NCBI GenBank assembly: GCA_964016885.1
Contig: OZ024741.1
Location: 30,318,001 to 30,382,000, forward strand
Direction of reading: 5' to 3'
Origin: Eledone cirrhosa
Taxonomy: Eukaryota
DNA length: 64,000 nt
Below are positions 27,475 to 41,414 of this stretch, in pieces. Numbering within the stretch: position 1 is the stretch's first letter; each line of letters starts with the position of its first letter. A program made the translations under genes and the position numbers. A model generated the notes under the pieces. The model was not told the origin of the DNA and did not search any database. It saw nothing but the letters and a program-made list of their open reading frames with translations.

Positions 27475-30400
27475 GATTTCTTTATTTACCATAAAGGCAT
27501 AAAAAGAAGGGACAAATACAAAGGGGGAGTTTACATACAATCGAGTAAAAAGGGTATAAAATGAAAATAATCGAAAATAACCTCAAAAGGGAGGGGACGT
27601 GATGGGGGTTGCACACACCTCCGAAAAAGTGTGCAATCCTTTTCCCGGGGAGCACATGGAGGAGGTGCTCCCCTCTCCTTTACTTCTTTACCTACAGGAT
27701 GGTATACAGAGAAGGCCAATTTACACGAGCCATTCTCGCCACTATCACCCACCTTTCATAAAACTGCCTGTGGCCAAGCACCTCTCTCTCCCTTCTTATC
27801 CTTCTTCCGAAGTGATATCGGAAGAAGTAGACCAGACTATGGCCAGAGAGGAAGTTGCCTGACCTCAGACCTTTCAATCGTGTCCACCAAACAACCTCTT
27901 TCAACATGGCTATTACGCACAGAAAAACCGCCTTTGCTTCCTTTGTGAAGAGGGAAGGCGGTTTGATTGTCATCACGGACTCGGCGGTCAATTGAATCGG
28001 CGCCACCCACGACAGCAGTCGTTCGGCGTAGCCCCACAGATCAGCCACGCCCGGACATTGCACCAATGCGTGCGCAACGGTTTCTTCGTGACGCACGCAT
28101 CAAGGGCAAATCTTTTTTGAGGGATCCCTGCCCGGGCGCCCGTGTCTGTAGAGCCTCTCTCGAACGGGTAGAGCCCCTCGGTAGCACTGCCAGGCTAGTG
28201 ACTTCTGGAAGTTGTCCATTGGTCCCGGGCCGAAAGTCCTACCGAACAGGCTGGCCAGTTCGTCCTCTTCCATGTCCAGCGACTCTCCAAGGGTGTCATC
28301 GCCCCTACTAGCCACCAGCCCTCTATAGAATGATGAGGTGGACTCTCCACCGACGGCCTGGCCCGCTTGCCAGAGAGCCCTGAGCGCCTGAGCACACTCA
28401 GTGTGCCAGTCTCCCAGTTTTCCGGATCTTTGCTTGACCCAGGACTGCAGCTCGGTGAGCGAGACGAGTCTCGGAAAGGCTCGTTTCACGAACGGAGCCT
28501 ACACCGGTTGCCAGTGAGGAATACCTGTAGGTGCCGTAGCCTTAATGCGTGCCTACGCATCATCAACCACGACAACCCCAGCCCTCCTTTCGAAGGTTGT
28601 TGGCAGCAGATGGATCTTCTCACCATAGGAGGGCGCTTCTTCCAAAGAAATTGGAAGAGCATGCGTTCCATGGTGGTGAGTGTTTCCTTAGGGCAAGGCA
28701 CGACAGTCAGGCGGTAGTAAGTGACGGACGCTATGTAAATGTTCGCCACCTCCGCCCGGCCTTTTAGGGACAGCTTACACTTGGCCCATTTCTGGGTTAG
28801 TGCAAACACCTTGTTCGTAACCTCGTTCCAGTTCTTTTCCACCTGGAGGTCCGGTCCAAACCAGACCCCAAGCAACTTTACCGGGCCCTCCGTCCAGTGT
28901 CCGACGACACCGTCGGGAGGCATCGGTCTGCCTCTCCACGTTCCGAGTTACAGCCCGATGGATTTTTCCCGGTTCAGTTTCGCTCCTGACAACCTTTCGT
29001 AATCCTCCAGTAAGGTACCGATTGCCTCGATCTCCGAGTCGGTCGATACCATTACTGTTACGTCATCGGCGTAGGCCGACACCGCTTTGCTCAATCCTGG
29101 TTCCAGGGTGATACCCTGCAACAACTCCAACTTCCTCAGTAAAGGCTCGAGAGTCAATACGTACAGAAGGGAGGAGAGAGGGCACCCCTGTCGAATGGAT
29201 CGTGTGATTTCGAACGGCTTTGAAAGGTAGCCGTTCACCTTGATCCTAGAACAGATGTGGTTTCTATGTAAGGCAGTGATCCAGCCTCTGAAAACAGGAC
29301 CGAACCCAGCCGCCGCTAGCACCGTATCCAGGTAACCATGGTCGACCCTATCGAAGGCCTTAGACTGATCCAAGTTGATCAGGGCCCCACCGAAGCCGGG
29401 TTTGTTGCCAAGCCTCTCTATGATGTATCGCATGAGGTGGAGGTTATCGTGAATGGACCTGGATGGGATAGCACATGTCTGCGCATCTCCCACCAGGCCA
29501 CCCACGACAAGCGCCAACCTCTTTGCTAACACCTTGGCCAAGATCTTTAACTCTGTGTTTAGCAGGTTTATGGGCCGAAAATTATTTATACTATCTCCCT
29601 TGTTCTCGTCCTTCCTCACCAACGTGACTACGCCCTTGGCTACAGAACAAGGAATTCTCCCGTTCTGCTGCCAATTGCAATAGACCGCTTCGAGGAGTTC
29701 GGAGAAGAAGACCGGCATTGCTAAATAAAGTTCGTAAGGTATACCATCGAGACCTGGAGAGTTGCGTCTGCTGCATTGGCTCAGCGCATCTCCGATCTCA
29801 TCAGCCGAGATTGGTCCCTCACAGGACTCTGCCTCTTCGCTCGATAGACGCGGCAGGCCGTCGAGGTATGGACCGAAATCCACGCCTCCGCCCGGACCCT
29901 CGCCTCCCCCGAACAATCGGGCAAAGTGTCTTTTTGAAAGGCCTCGCACATCTGCTTAGGCTCCGGATCACCCGTCCATCTTCGTCTTCGTCATGCAACG
30001 ACCGGATGGAGGATCGATTTCCACTCTTAGCTTCTGTCACGCGGGCCCAGCCAACGGCTTTGGCCCCCTCATTACCTAGAGCACGTATTTTACTTCGAAT
30101 GACGCAGCCTTCGTGCTTTGCATCGAAAAACTGGTTCAAGGCCGTCCTCGATGCCAGCACTCTGGCCACATCTTCGCTCTTGATTGCCTCTTCTAATTTA
30201 CCTGTTAATTCTTTCTCGTTTCTATTCCTATCGGCAGGTAACATCTTGCTATAACTTATTGATTCTGTTCTAATCTCTCTTTTGAGAGATGCCCATATCG
30301 GTTGTTGACGATTGCACCCGTCAACCTCTCCTTAAATAATCTGCTAATCCGGTTTCTGTAAGTCTCTTTTGCCGGTAAAGACAAATTAAGTTTTCAAGTA

Positions 30401-30529
30401 ACCGGGACCCTGTGTACGTGTTTTCTCGAGATTGACTACGCAGGTCACTAATTTGTGATCCGTGTAGCCAACCGTGCGCATTTCTGGACAGCTTAATATG
30501 TCCCTATCCTTACTTCTAACTAAGAATCT
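27475..30529 (-). mobile_element. Tx1/L1-like LINE, 5'-truncated and frameshifted, inserted in (GATA)n
   Basis: APE C-terminus (YTDHKLV..GPGY), RT (LDQSKAFDRVDH, RQGCPLS, YADDV), GGLGL, C-terminal CP..ETVAHALVQCP; AATAAA near the 3' end; (GATA)n on both flanks. Confidence 0.92.
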
Positions 30530-30597
<68 letters not shown>

Positions 30598-30679
30598 CTT
30601 TGTTTATTGTCCGAAGAGAGATAGGTAAACACCGACGTAGCTGTTGACCTTCGATATGTATACAGCTATGTCGGAGCTG

Positions 30680-31345
30680 CTGCTGCTGTTGCTTCTTCTT
30701 CTTCTTCTTCTTCTTCTTCTTCTTCTTCTTCTTCTTCTTCTTCTTCTTCTTCTTCTTCTTCTTCTTCTTCTTCTTCTTCTTCTTCTTCTTCTTCGCCCAC
30801 TTATTCTTGAGAGGTTCGTGGGGGCAGAGTTCTCAAACATTCCCTCCAGTAGGTCGTGTCAGAGGCAACCATCTCCATCTGATCTGGCTGGATCCTCAAG
30901 CGTGACCACCCAAGTGCATGGATGTTATCCAACCATCTTGCTCGGGGTGTACCTCTTGGTCTCCTTCCGGTTGGTTTTGTCGGTAATTCTTTCCTGGGAC
31001 ATTCTAACCACATGCCTATAGTATCGGAGCTGTGGTCTCGCAATTGGTAAAAGTAGCGGCTCTACCTGCAGTGACTTTCTGATATCGGAGATACGCATTT
31101 ATCAAGCAACGTTACTCAAAAGACTTTGAAGGAATCCCATTTCGGCCGCTTGTATTCGTGATCGTATTCTTTCGTCATTACTCTAGATTTATGTCCATAG
31201 GCAAGGGTTGGCACAAAAAAAAAAGAATTGAAAATAGCGAGTTTGGCTTTTACGCTTACCCCCCGTCTTATAATTACTGAATGCTGAAGCTGGTGCATCA
31301 CTGCACCACGATTCTTGTATTTAATTCAGCCTCCTGCAATCCATC
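30680..31345 (-). mobile_element. RTE-like LINE 3' fragment with long (GAA)n tail
   Basis: VSVKAKLAIFNS..VPTLAYG and KPTGRRPRGTPRARWLDNI; (TTC)n at ~30692-30794. Confidence 0.8.
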
Positions 31346-31459
31346 GGAGCCAGCTTGCACAGCTCCATATGCAAATGAAGCTAATCATCCCAACTACACA
31401 GCCGAAAAAACTATATATTTTCGCCTGGTAATGTTGCATCAGAGTGCAGAGAAAGCACT

Positions 31460-31495
31460 GTCCTGACGATGGCCTGAGCCTGAAATGTACATTGA
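31460..31495 (+). ncRNA. Minimal hammerhead-like motif
   Basis: CTGACGA-T-GGC-CTGA-GCC-T-GAAA-TGTACA-TT; palindromic stem III; stem I weak. Confidence 0.55.
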
Positions 31496-31679
31496 AATTA
31501 ATCCCTCGCTGATTCTGCTGGAATCCGCTAAACGGCGCTATCCATCAGCCTTTTCATCATTCATAGTTAGAAGGCTTTCCAAATGTTTATTTATTAAACA
31601 GAACATATATCACTATATATACGGAATTCACATACTTGTGTGTATACAGCTATGTCGGAGCTAAACTTTTAACATATTG

Positions 31680-32400
31680 ATTATGAGTTTTCTAGGTCTC
31701 CATTTTTCTCAAATATACCGTCCCTGAGAACCTCCAATATAATCTTTTCGATCTTATTGTTTATGTGGAAACACTTACCACTTTATTCTATTTTTACAGC
31801 ATTTTATCCGTTCAGCAATCTCCTACATTTCTCCTTTCTTTTCCAATATAGCCTGTCTGCATCATCTTATGGGTGCATACTTCCATAGATACTGAACATT
31901 TTCTTGTTTTCCGATCAATTTCCTTGAACTCTACTTTTGTCCATTCTACTGTACCTGCCTCGTACGTAATTAATGAAATGGATCTGGTATTGATTGCCCC
32001 CACAGTATTCTCACCATGCAAACTGGACTTGGGGATCGTCCTCAATCTTCAAAAGTACTATTTTCTTTCACTTTTGTTTTTGTTTTTAACTTTAGTCATT
32101 GTAGCCCACCTAGATATTCATATGTTTCGTCTGTTTCCAATGAATAATTATTTCACTGTTTGGCAGATTGATTTCATCACACCTTACCATGTTTCCACGC
32201 TTCATTTTTATTAATGCAAACTTTGCCAAACCGTATCCCAATTTCTTCGGAAATTATTCTGATTGTTTGCACTAAAGTGTCTAGCTCTTCTACGTTACGA
32301 CTGTATAGATTTAAATCATCCATAAACAATACATTTGTTGCTCCTATCTTTCCATAGAGTGTATCTGGTTGGCCCACTTTTAAGGACAACTGACAGTGCT
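31680..32400 (-). mobile_element. R4/Dong-like LINE RT fragment
   Basis: NVLFMDDLNLYS, GIRFG, GAINT..LITYEAGTVEWT..EIDRKTRK. Confidence 0.75.
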
Positions 32401-32639
32401 ATCATTGCAACTACAAACAAAAGTGGTGATAAACTGTTTCCTTGGTAGATGCCTCTCTATATCTTCATTTCACTTAAACAGCTTATACCGATCAACAAAT
32501 CCATCACACACACACACACCTCTATATTTATCTTCACAGCTCTGTACACACACGCACACACACACCTCTATATATGCATACATTAGTTGCTGACAACTTC
32601 GTACTTATAAGCACACACGCGCGCGTATACGCACACGTA

Positions 32640-32900
32640 CACGTACAGTTCTATATTTAAAAAAAACGTTATACACAAAACACCAACATCAACAGTTTTC
32701 CAAAGTGCTTTTTTTCTTTCGTTTCCGCCCTGCACGTCTCGTAAAGCTTTATATTTCTTCTTTAATATCTCATTCTATTTTCTGATGAAGGACTAGCGTC
32801 TGAAACGTTAACACTCTTTTCATACTATATCGAGCGTAATGCTAATAATATATTTCCTCATTGTACTGTGTCATTTGCTTTGTTATATCTGTATTTTGCA
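32640..32900 (+). mobile_element. PLE terminal fragment, family C, with hammerhead motif at ~32782-32811
   Basis: CTGATGA-AGGAC-TAGC-GTCT-GAAACGTTA; ends in (TA)n. Confidence 0.68.
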
Positions 32901-32910
32901 TATATATATA

Positions 32911-33538
32911 CAGTAATCCTGCGTTTATCGCGGGGATGCGTTCCAGAACCAACCTCGATAAATGAAAATCCGCGATATAGAGAGACCATAAAGACAACCG
33001 TTGTTTTCATAGTTTAAGCCTTAAAAACCACTCCAACACGCTTTAAGTACATATAAACTCATTAAAACAAACTTTTGTATTTAAAATCCCAAAACAGCCA
33101 GTAACAATCGTATAGAAACTACCACCAACCATCGTAGCACTAGTTACCAATGATGACCATTTCCAGCGCGTTGGCCGCAGAGTAATGCATTACACATCTC
33201 CCGTCAATCTATGAAGGGTTTGTAGTAGATTAGAGAAAAACACATTCAGTAAAACAGTAATGGAATGAAGACTAAAACATATTTTTATAGTTAAAGCCTT
33301 AAGATATCCCTTCCTGACGCTATACACTTCAATCCAATCGAAAGTTATTGAATAAGTTTAAATTTTAAACACTTTTTATTCAAACGTACGTACTCCAATA
33401 AGAAAATATATATGTTCTAACGAAAAATCCATTATATAGCGAGGATTACCGCGATAGAAAATTAGATACGTTCCAAAGAAAAATCACCGACGGAGCGGGG
33501 GCGCGAAAAGTGAACTGCGAAATAGCGGGGAATTACTG
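32911..33538. mobile_element. Non-autonomous Tigger/pogo-like DNA transposon (MITE)
   Basis: Imperfect TIRs CAGTAATCCTGCGTTTATCGCGG / CTGCGAAATAGCGGGGAATTACTG with TA on both sides. Confidence 0.8.
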
Positions 33539-33542
33539 TATA

Positions 33543-34357
33543 TCTATATATATAAAACTGTGGTTGTCTGTCTGTCTATCGATTTTTGGCACACATCTCC
33601 TCTTAGAATCTCTCACGGAATTGCACCGAAATTGCTATACTTGTACATTGAGCCCTAGCGAAGACATCGGAAAAAAAATATTTCAAATTGACCCACCCTA
33701 TGTGACGAAATCGAATATAATGTATCGATTTTTGAGCGTAAGTTATCAGTTATTTCCCTTTGTTCTGTTTACATTGAGCGTCTTACGTAAAAAATTACGC
33801 TGGCTTTCTCAGCGTCTAAAATGACATTAACACAATACACGAACAGTTGTCGAGCCAGCAACATATTGACCTGCAAAATTCATCAGTTCGAACACTAAGC
33901 TTCCGTTTTGCTTCATTTCCATTTAAAAGCATTTTAAAACAATATTTTTACTTGAAAACAAGTCTATTTAAAGACTACGTAAAACAAGCAAATATTTCAG
34001 GCGTGCAGACAGACAGTCGTGCAAAGAGGTGATATAGGCGTGCAGACAGACATAACTGATAATTTGGTTACGCTAATGTTTTTCTCTGCGTCGCAGTGTT
34101 TACATTTTCGATCTTTGTTAATAAATAACAAGTGCAGTTTTTATCCCCAGCATCCTCTTTTGTTATAACATTCGGGTTATCGTTATGTTTTCTTAACTTC
34201 ATAAGGCATATTGTTGGTTGAGGGAATATTAATCAAAAACACCACATGCAAGTCTGCACAGTAGACATTACAGTTTTTAAGCCAAAAAAGAAACTTAACA
34301 TTGTAACTTTAACACAGCTACTGAGCGACCCCGAGCAACGCCGGGCTTTACTGCTAG
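33543..34357 (+). mobile_element. Non-autonomous Helitron
   Basis: 5' TCTATATATATAAAA followed by (GTCT)n; 3' GC hairpin CCCGAGCAACGCCGGG then CTAG; inserted between A and T. Confidence 0.82.
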
Positions 34358-34398
34358 TATATATATATATACAGTAATTCCCCGCTATTATGCAGTTC

Positions 34399-35237
<839 letters not shown>

Positions 35238-35252
35238 AACCTCACAAGTCAA

Positions 35253-35289
<37 letters not shown>

Positions 35290-35517
35290 AGAAATTAAAA
35301 ATTATAAGCTTTCACCGTATTTTAGACTAAAGAAATTTCTAGCCTCATAGTGGGGTTTATAACCCTCGGAGAAATGGTTATAAACCCCACTATTAGGCTA
35401 GAAATTTCTTTAGTCTAAAATACGGTGAAAGGTTATAATTTCTAATTTCTAATTTTCAAACTCGCGCACCGTTTCAAAAACATACTTACATGTTTACATT
35501 TATAATTTGCTTGTTTG
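35290..35517. repeat. Fold-back insertion, family E (~75-bp arms plus extension)
   Basis: 35290-35364 is inverted at 35376-35450; related sequence at 56530-56635. Confidence 0.85.
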
Positions 35518-35615
35518 TATATATATATATGTATATATATATATACATATATATATATATGTGTGTGTGTGTATATGATTATATATACATACATATATAT
35601 ATATATATATATGAT

Positions 35616-35721
<106 letters not shown>

Positions 35722-35791
35722 TATATATACATATATATATATATATATACGATATTAAATAAATGGAAACTATATTTATAAAACCATATTT

Positions 35792-35855
35792 ATTTCATTA
35801 TATATATTTCAGGGATATCATATTAACAATATGCTATGCCTTCCTCAGACAAAAT
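35792..35855 (-). ncRNA. Type I hammerhead motif (main copy)
   Basis: Reverse complement of the 40226-40289 motif. Confidence 0.6.
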
Positions 35856-38800
35856 ACAATATAGACAGTTTTATAGATAAATAGATTTGACATACCGTTC
35901 AACATCGACTTGTATTTGAAAAGTTGATTTGGCAGTGAAAAATTGTAAACAGAAAGAAAGAAAGACAGAAAGAAGGAAAGAAAGAAAAGAAAGAAAGAAA
36001 ACGAAGAAAAAGAAGAAAAAGAAGAAATGCATGCAACAAAATAGAGAGATGGAAAGATAGATAAAGAGAAGAACTTCATGTAAAGAAACAGAGAGAGATA
36101 TATATAGAGAGAGGAAATAGATAGAGATAGATATATATAGAGAAAAGTAGGTAGTTGGACATCCGTTGAATAAACGTATCAATGATACATTTATTTATTT
36201 ATTTATTTATTTAGCTCTAGTATTAATGCAAGGGAGATATATGTGGTTAGGAGAGAGACCAGCTGTTATATAGAGAGAAAAATGAAAAGTAACCAGACAT
36301 AGGCGAGGCATAAAAACCCTATGTTTTAATGTAGAAGTATTAGTATGTATAAAAACCAGGCACTATAATGTAAATATCAGTATTCCTGAATGAGACACGT
36401 ATCCATAATGTGTGAAAAGTAATGATCTTATGTTTAGTTTTAAAAATTCATATGTTTATATGATAACTACAAACATCGATGTGAATTTACGTGATCAACT
36501 CTGCAAACCCCTATTTCACACGGAAACATTCTCATTGTGCTATAAAAATTTAAGTATACATATATGTGTATATATATACACATATATATAGAGTCTATAT
36601 TAATTTTAGCAATACTATTCTTGTCTTTACTCTACATGATTATCTATCAAGCAGAAATAGAGAACAGATTTCAATATATTAATAAAAAATATCAGAAACA
36701 AAAACAAAAAATAATAATAATAATAATAATAAATAATAATAAAATATTACGAAAAAATATTACATATTAAAAATAAAAATATTAGAAAATACTACAATAA
36801 TAAAAAAATAAACCACAAAGATCAACCCTTCAAAATTAATTGACAATATATTGCCAAGTTCATTATAAGCATCAGAGTCGAAAACAGATAAAGCTAAAAA
36901 TTATTTATCAAATCGCGTCTAGCAAAAATCATTTCAAAAAGTTTAGGATGCCCATTTGGTCTACATGTGTTCTTATATTTAATATAGAAGTTTATCTAGT
37001 GTAACGTTTATTCGAAATATTTGGAGCATCAACTTTTAGGGTAGTTTAATTTTTCATGAAGAATGTTTAAATAAAAAATAAAAATAAAAATAAAAAGAAG
37101 AATAAAAAGAAGAAATCGAAAGATTTATCGGCTAGTTACCCAAATAATTATAAATCAAACTAAATATACTACATTTTAAATTTAAATTTATATTTAAAAG
37201 TTGAGTTTAATCTATGTTTGCAGCAACTGAATAAATTTGTCCGTAGATTAAGGGAATTTTTAGATTTTAGTATAAAGAATATCTCCTCTGCGTAGAGGTC
37301 ACATGTCTCAGAGGATGAATTAAAAGGAATCCCTCTTGAGACTATATTCCAAGCCGTCGAATATCTAACGTTATCTAGCTTAAGTTGCCAGAGTACGCCT
37401 GATAGTGCTGTTGAAGATTGTTAGCTTGGATCTGTGAAAGAATTCTTGTGGTTATTATAGCGAAGTTTAAATTCCGTCGATGTGGAACCGACGTAGTTAA
37501 AAGAATTAGAGTCAGTTTTAACATTACAATTGTATATTATATTTTTAACTAAGCAGTTGTTATTTAACGGACATTTAGATCTATCTCTACAGTTACATTT
37601 GTTAACTTGTATATTATTTATGCTATTATCACTAGGTTTTAAGTTCCTATTATTTATTCTATTAATATTTTGTGCTAAATTTTTGGTGGATGAGTAGGTT
37701 AATTTTATAGTATGTCTATTGAAAATTGAGTGATACCTATGTGTTCTAGGGAAGCGATTATCGAGAGCTTTAAAAAATAGTTTAGCGATGTGGGTTTTAA
37801 TGTTTAGTGAGAAAGGGGGGGCAAACCAAATTATGTTCCTAGTTCTATTTCTTTTTTGGCTTTTGGAATTATTGTAATGCTTTCTATTATAGTTGTTAAG
37901 GTTGTTGCCGTAATTAAAATAGTTGATATCATTATCTATGTACATAATCTATCATTATCTATGTACATAATCTTATCACTATATCCTGCTCTAGCTAACG
38001 CTTCATTGTAGTACTGGGCTTTTTCGTCGAAAATCTTTCTATTAGACGAGATTCTAGAGATACGTTTTTGAACAGAGTTTACTATAGTGTTTTTGACAGA
38101 TCTGGGGTGGTTAGAGTTAAAGCTGACATAGTTTAAGTTTTCATTCAACTTGTGAAAAGGATAGTGAAGACATGTGTTGAGATTTAATGTTATATCTACG
38201 AAATTGACTATTCTATGGTTGTTCTCAATTTCTATTTTAAGATTAAAGTAATTAAAAAATTGTGTAATTTATTTACTTTTTCTATTTAGTTCAGTTTTTT
38301 CTATTTTTTAAAGCTCTTGATAATCGCTTCCCTAGAACACATAGGTATCACTCAATTTTCAATAGACATACTATAAAATTAACCTACTCATCCACCAAAA
38401 AATTAGCACAAAATATTAATAGAATAAATAATAAGAACTTAAAACCTAGTGATAATAGCATAAATAATATACAAGTTAACAAATGTAACTGTAGAGATAG
38501 ATCTAAATGTCCGTTAAATAACAACTGCTTAGTTAAAAATATAATATACAATTGTAATGTTAAAACTGACTCTAATTCTTTTAACTACGTCGGTTCCACA
38601 TCGACGGAATTTAAACTTCGCTATAATAACCACAAGAATTCTTTCACAGATCCAAGCCAAAAATCTTCAACAGCACTATCAGGCGTACTCTGGTAACTTA
38701 AGCTAGATAACGTTAGATATTCGACGGCTTGGAATATAGTCTCAAGAGGGATTCCTTTTAAGTCATCCTCTGAGACATGTGACCTCTGCGCAGAGGAGAT

Positions 38801-40225
38801 ATTCTTTATACTAAAATCTAAAAATTCCCTTAATCTACGGACAAATTTATTCAGTTGCTGCAAACATAGATTAAACTCAACTTTTAAATATAAATTTAAA
38901 TTTAAAATGTAGTATATTTAGTTTGATTTATAATTATTTGGGAAACTAGCCGATAAATCTTTCGATTTCTTCTTTTTATTCTTCTTTTTATTTTTATTTT
39001 TATTTTTATTTAAACATTCTTCATGAAAAATTAAACTACCCTAAAAGTTGATGCTCCAAATATTTCGAATAAACGTTACACTAGATAAACTTCTATATTA
39101 AATATAAGAACACATGTAGACCAAATGGGCATCCTAAACTTTTTGAAATGATTTTTGCTAGACGCGATTTGATAAATAATTTTTAGCTTTATCTGTTTTC
39201 GACTCTGATGCTTATAATGAACTTGGCAATATATTGTCAATTAATTTTGAAGGGTTGATCTCTGTGGTTTATTTTTTTATTATTGTAGTATTTTCTAATA
39301 TTTTTATTTTTAATATGTAATATTTTTTCGTAATATTTTATTATTATTTATTATTATTATTATTATTATTTTTTGTTTTTGTTTCTGATATTTTTTATTA
39401 ATATATTGAAATCTGTTCTCTATTTCTATTGATAGATAATCATGTAGAGTAAAGACAAGAATAGTATTGCTAAAATTAATATAGACTCTATATATATGTG
39501 TATATATATACACATATATGTATACTTAAATTTTTATAGCACAATGAGAATGTTTCCGTGTGAAATAGGGGTTTGCAGAGTTGATCACGTAAATTCACAT
39601 CGATGTTTGTAGTTATCATATAAACATATGAATTTTTAAAACTAAACATAAGATCATTACTTTTCACACATTATGGATACGTGTCTCATTCAGGAATACT
39701 GATATTTACATTATAGTGCCTGGTTTTTATACATACTAATACTTCTACATTAAAACATAGGGTTTTTATGCCTCGCCTATGTCTGGTTACTTTTCATTTT
39801 TCTCTCTATATAACAGCTGGTCTCTCTCCTAACCACATATATCTCCCTTGCATTAATACTAGAGCTAAATAAATAAATAAATAAATAAATGTATCATTGA
39901 TACGTTTATTCAACGGATGTCCAACTACCTACTTTTCTCTATATATATATCTATCTCTATCTATTTCCTCTCTCTATATATCTCTCTCTCTGTTTCTTTA
40001 CATGAAGTTCTTCTCTTTATCTATCTTTCCATCTCTCTATTTTGTTGCATGCATTTCTTCTTTTTCTTCTTTTTCTTCGTTTTCTTTCTTTCTTTTCTTT
40101 CTTTCCTTCTTTCTCTGTTTCTTTCTTTCTGTTTACAATTTTTCACTGCCAAATCAACTTTTCAAATACAAGTCGATGTTGAACGGTATGTCAAATCTAT
40201 TTATCTATAAAACTGTCTATATTGT

Positions 40226-40289
40226 ATTTTGTCTGAGGAAGGCATAGCATATTGTTAATATGATATCCCCGAAATATATATAATGAAAT
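40226..40289 (+). ncRNA. Type I hammerhead motif (inverted arm)
   Basis: ATTTTGT-CTGAGGA-long imperfect stem II (CATATT/AATATG)-GAAA-TATATA-T-A-ATGAAAT. Confidence 0.6.
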
Positions 40290-40417
40290 AAATATGGTTT
40301 TATAAATATAGTTTCCATTTATTTAATATCGTAAATATACTCCAAATACTTGTTGAGTGCTTTTATATCAGTTATAAATATTTACTAGTTGTAACCCAAG
40401 AATTTAAATATAACTTT

Positions 40418-40470
<53 letters not shown>

Positions 40471-40680
40471 TTCCGAGGACGGCATGTATATGTGAAGGTA
40501 TGTATATTTTCTCTGATAATTTGTCATATTTTTACATAGTTCTTAAACATGATATACATACCAACACACATATACATCCAGAAACGATCGTAACATGATG
40601 AATTATTTGATATAAGGAATTGCTCTTTGTTTTTATTTCATTCATTTCATTAATTTATCTCGACTCTGCGTGTAATAGTA

Positions 40681-40824
40681 TAGTGTGTGATAGGAAAAGA
40701 GTCAGAACCCCGACGGCAGTGCTCAAGCCGATACGACAGCTATTTCTGGACAGAGTCCAGAAATAGCTGTCGAAACGGCTCGAGCTCTGCCGTCGGGGTT
40801 CTGACTCTTTTCCTATTACAAACT
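40681..40824. repeat. GC-rich long hairpin (~70-bp arms, 3-nt loop)
   Basis: ataggaaaagagtcagaaccccgacggcag...ctggac aga gtccag...ctgccgtcggggttctgactcttttcctat. Confidence 0.9.
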
Positions 40825-41414
40825 CAACTACCCACAGTAATGAGTATTCTGGTGCGTTATGGTCTACCTGGCTTGTAAACATAAATTGCACAAAACTTTC
40901 CTGTATTACAGCCCCACGTTATACATTAACGGATAGTACGAACTATACGCGGATATTTACGTCTTGATGTGGTAGCTAAGTTTATGTTATGTTTCTACCA
41001 TTACTTATTTGTATAGGTAAGTATATTTTACCTGTATGTTTTGTGAAGGTACGTATACTTTCTCGTACGTATGTTTGCTTGTATATGTTATTGCGTATAT
41101 TTATATATACTGGTACATATGTATATGGTTATGTGTATACGTGAGATTTGCGTCTGTGTGAGTACGCGGGTTCGTACGTGGGTTCGTACGTATGTAGGGT
41201 GTGTGTAAATATATACTTTTTGTTTTGGTTGATGTATGTCTGCGAACATATGTGTATTTACATGTGGGTATGTGTGTGCGTGCGTTATATACGTATATAT
41301 GTGTACGTATATGGATCCGTGCATGTAATTATTTAATTTCAATTACCTCTGTAATTTACTTACTTTATTCTTAACTCTGAAGCCGAGAATCATTCGGTTT
41401 ACTAATAGAATATC

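Larger units (their letters stand above)
35749..40420 (-). mobile_element. Penelope-like (Nematis-type) element forming a 4.7-kb palindrome
   Basis: Minus-strand ORFs 37936-38148 (SNHPRSV, RT thumb) and 37421-37945 (NIIWFAPPFS..CNCRDRSKCPL..YVGSTSTEFKLRYNNHK); 35749-37780 is inverted at 38302-40332; ~1.4 kb 3' region; flanked by (TA)n. Confidence 0.92.
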
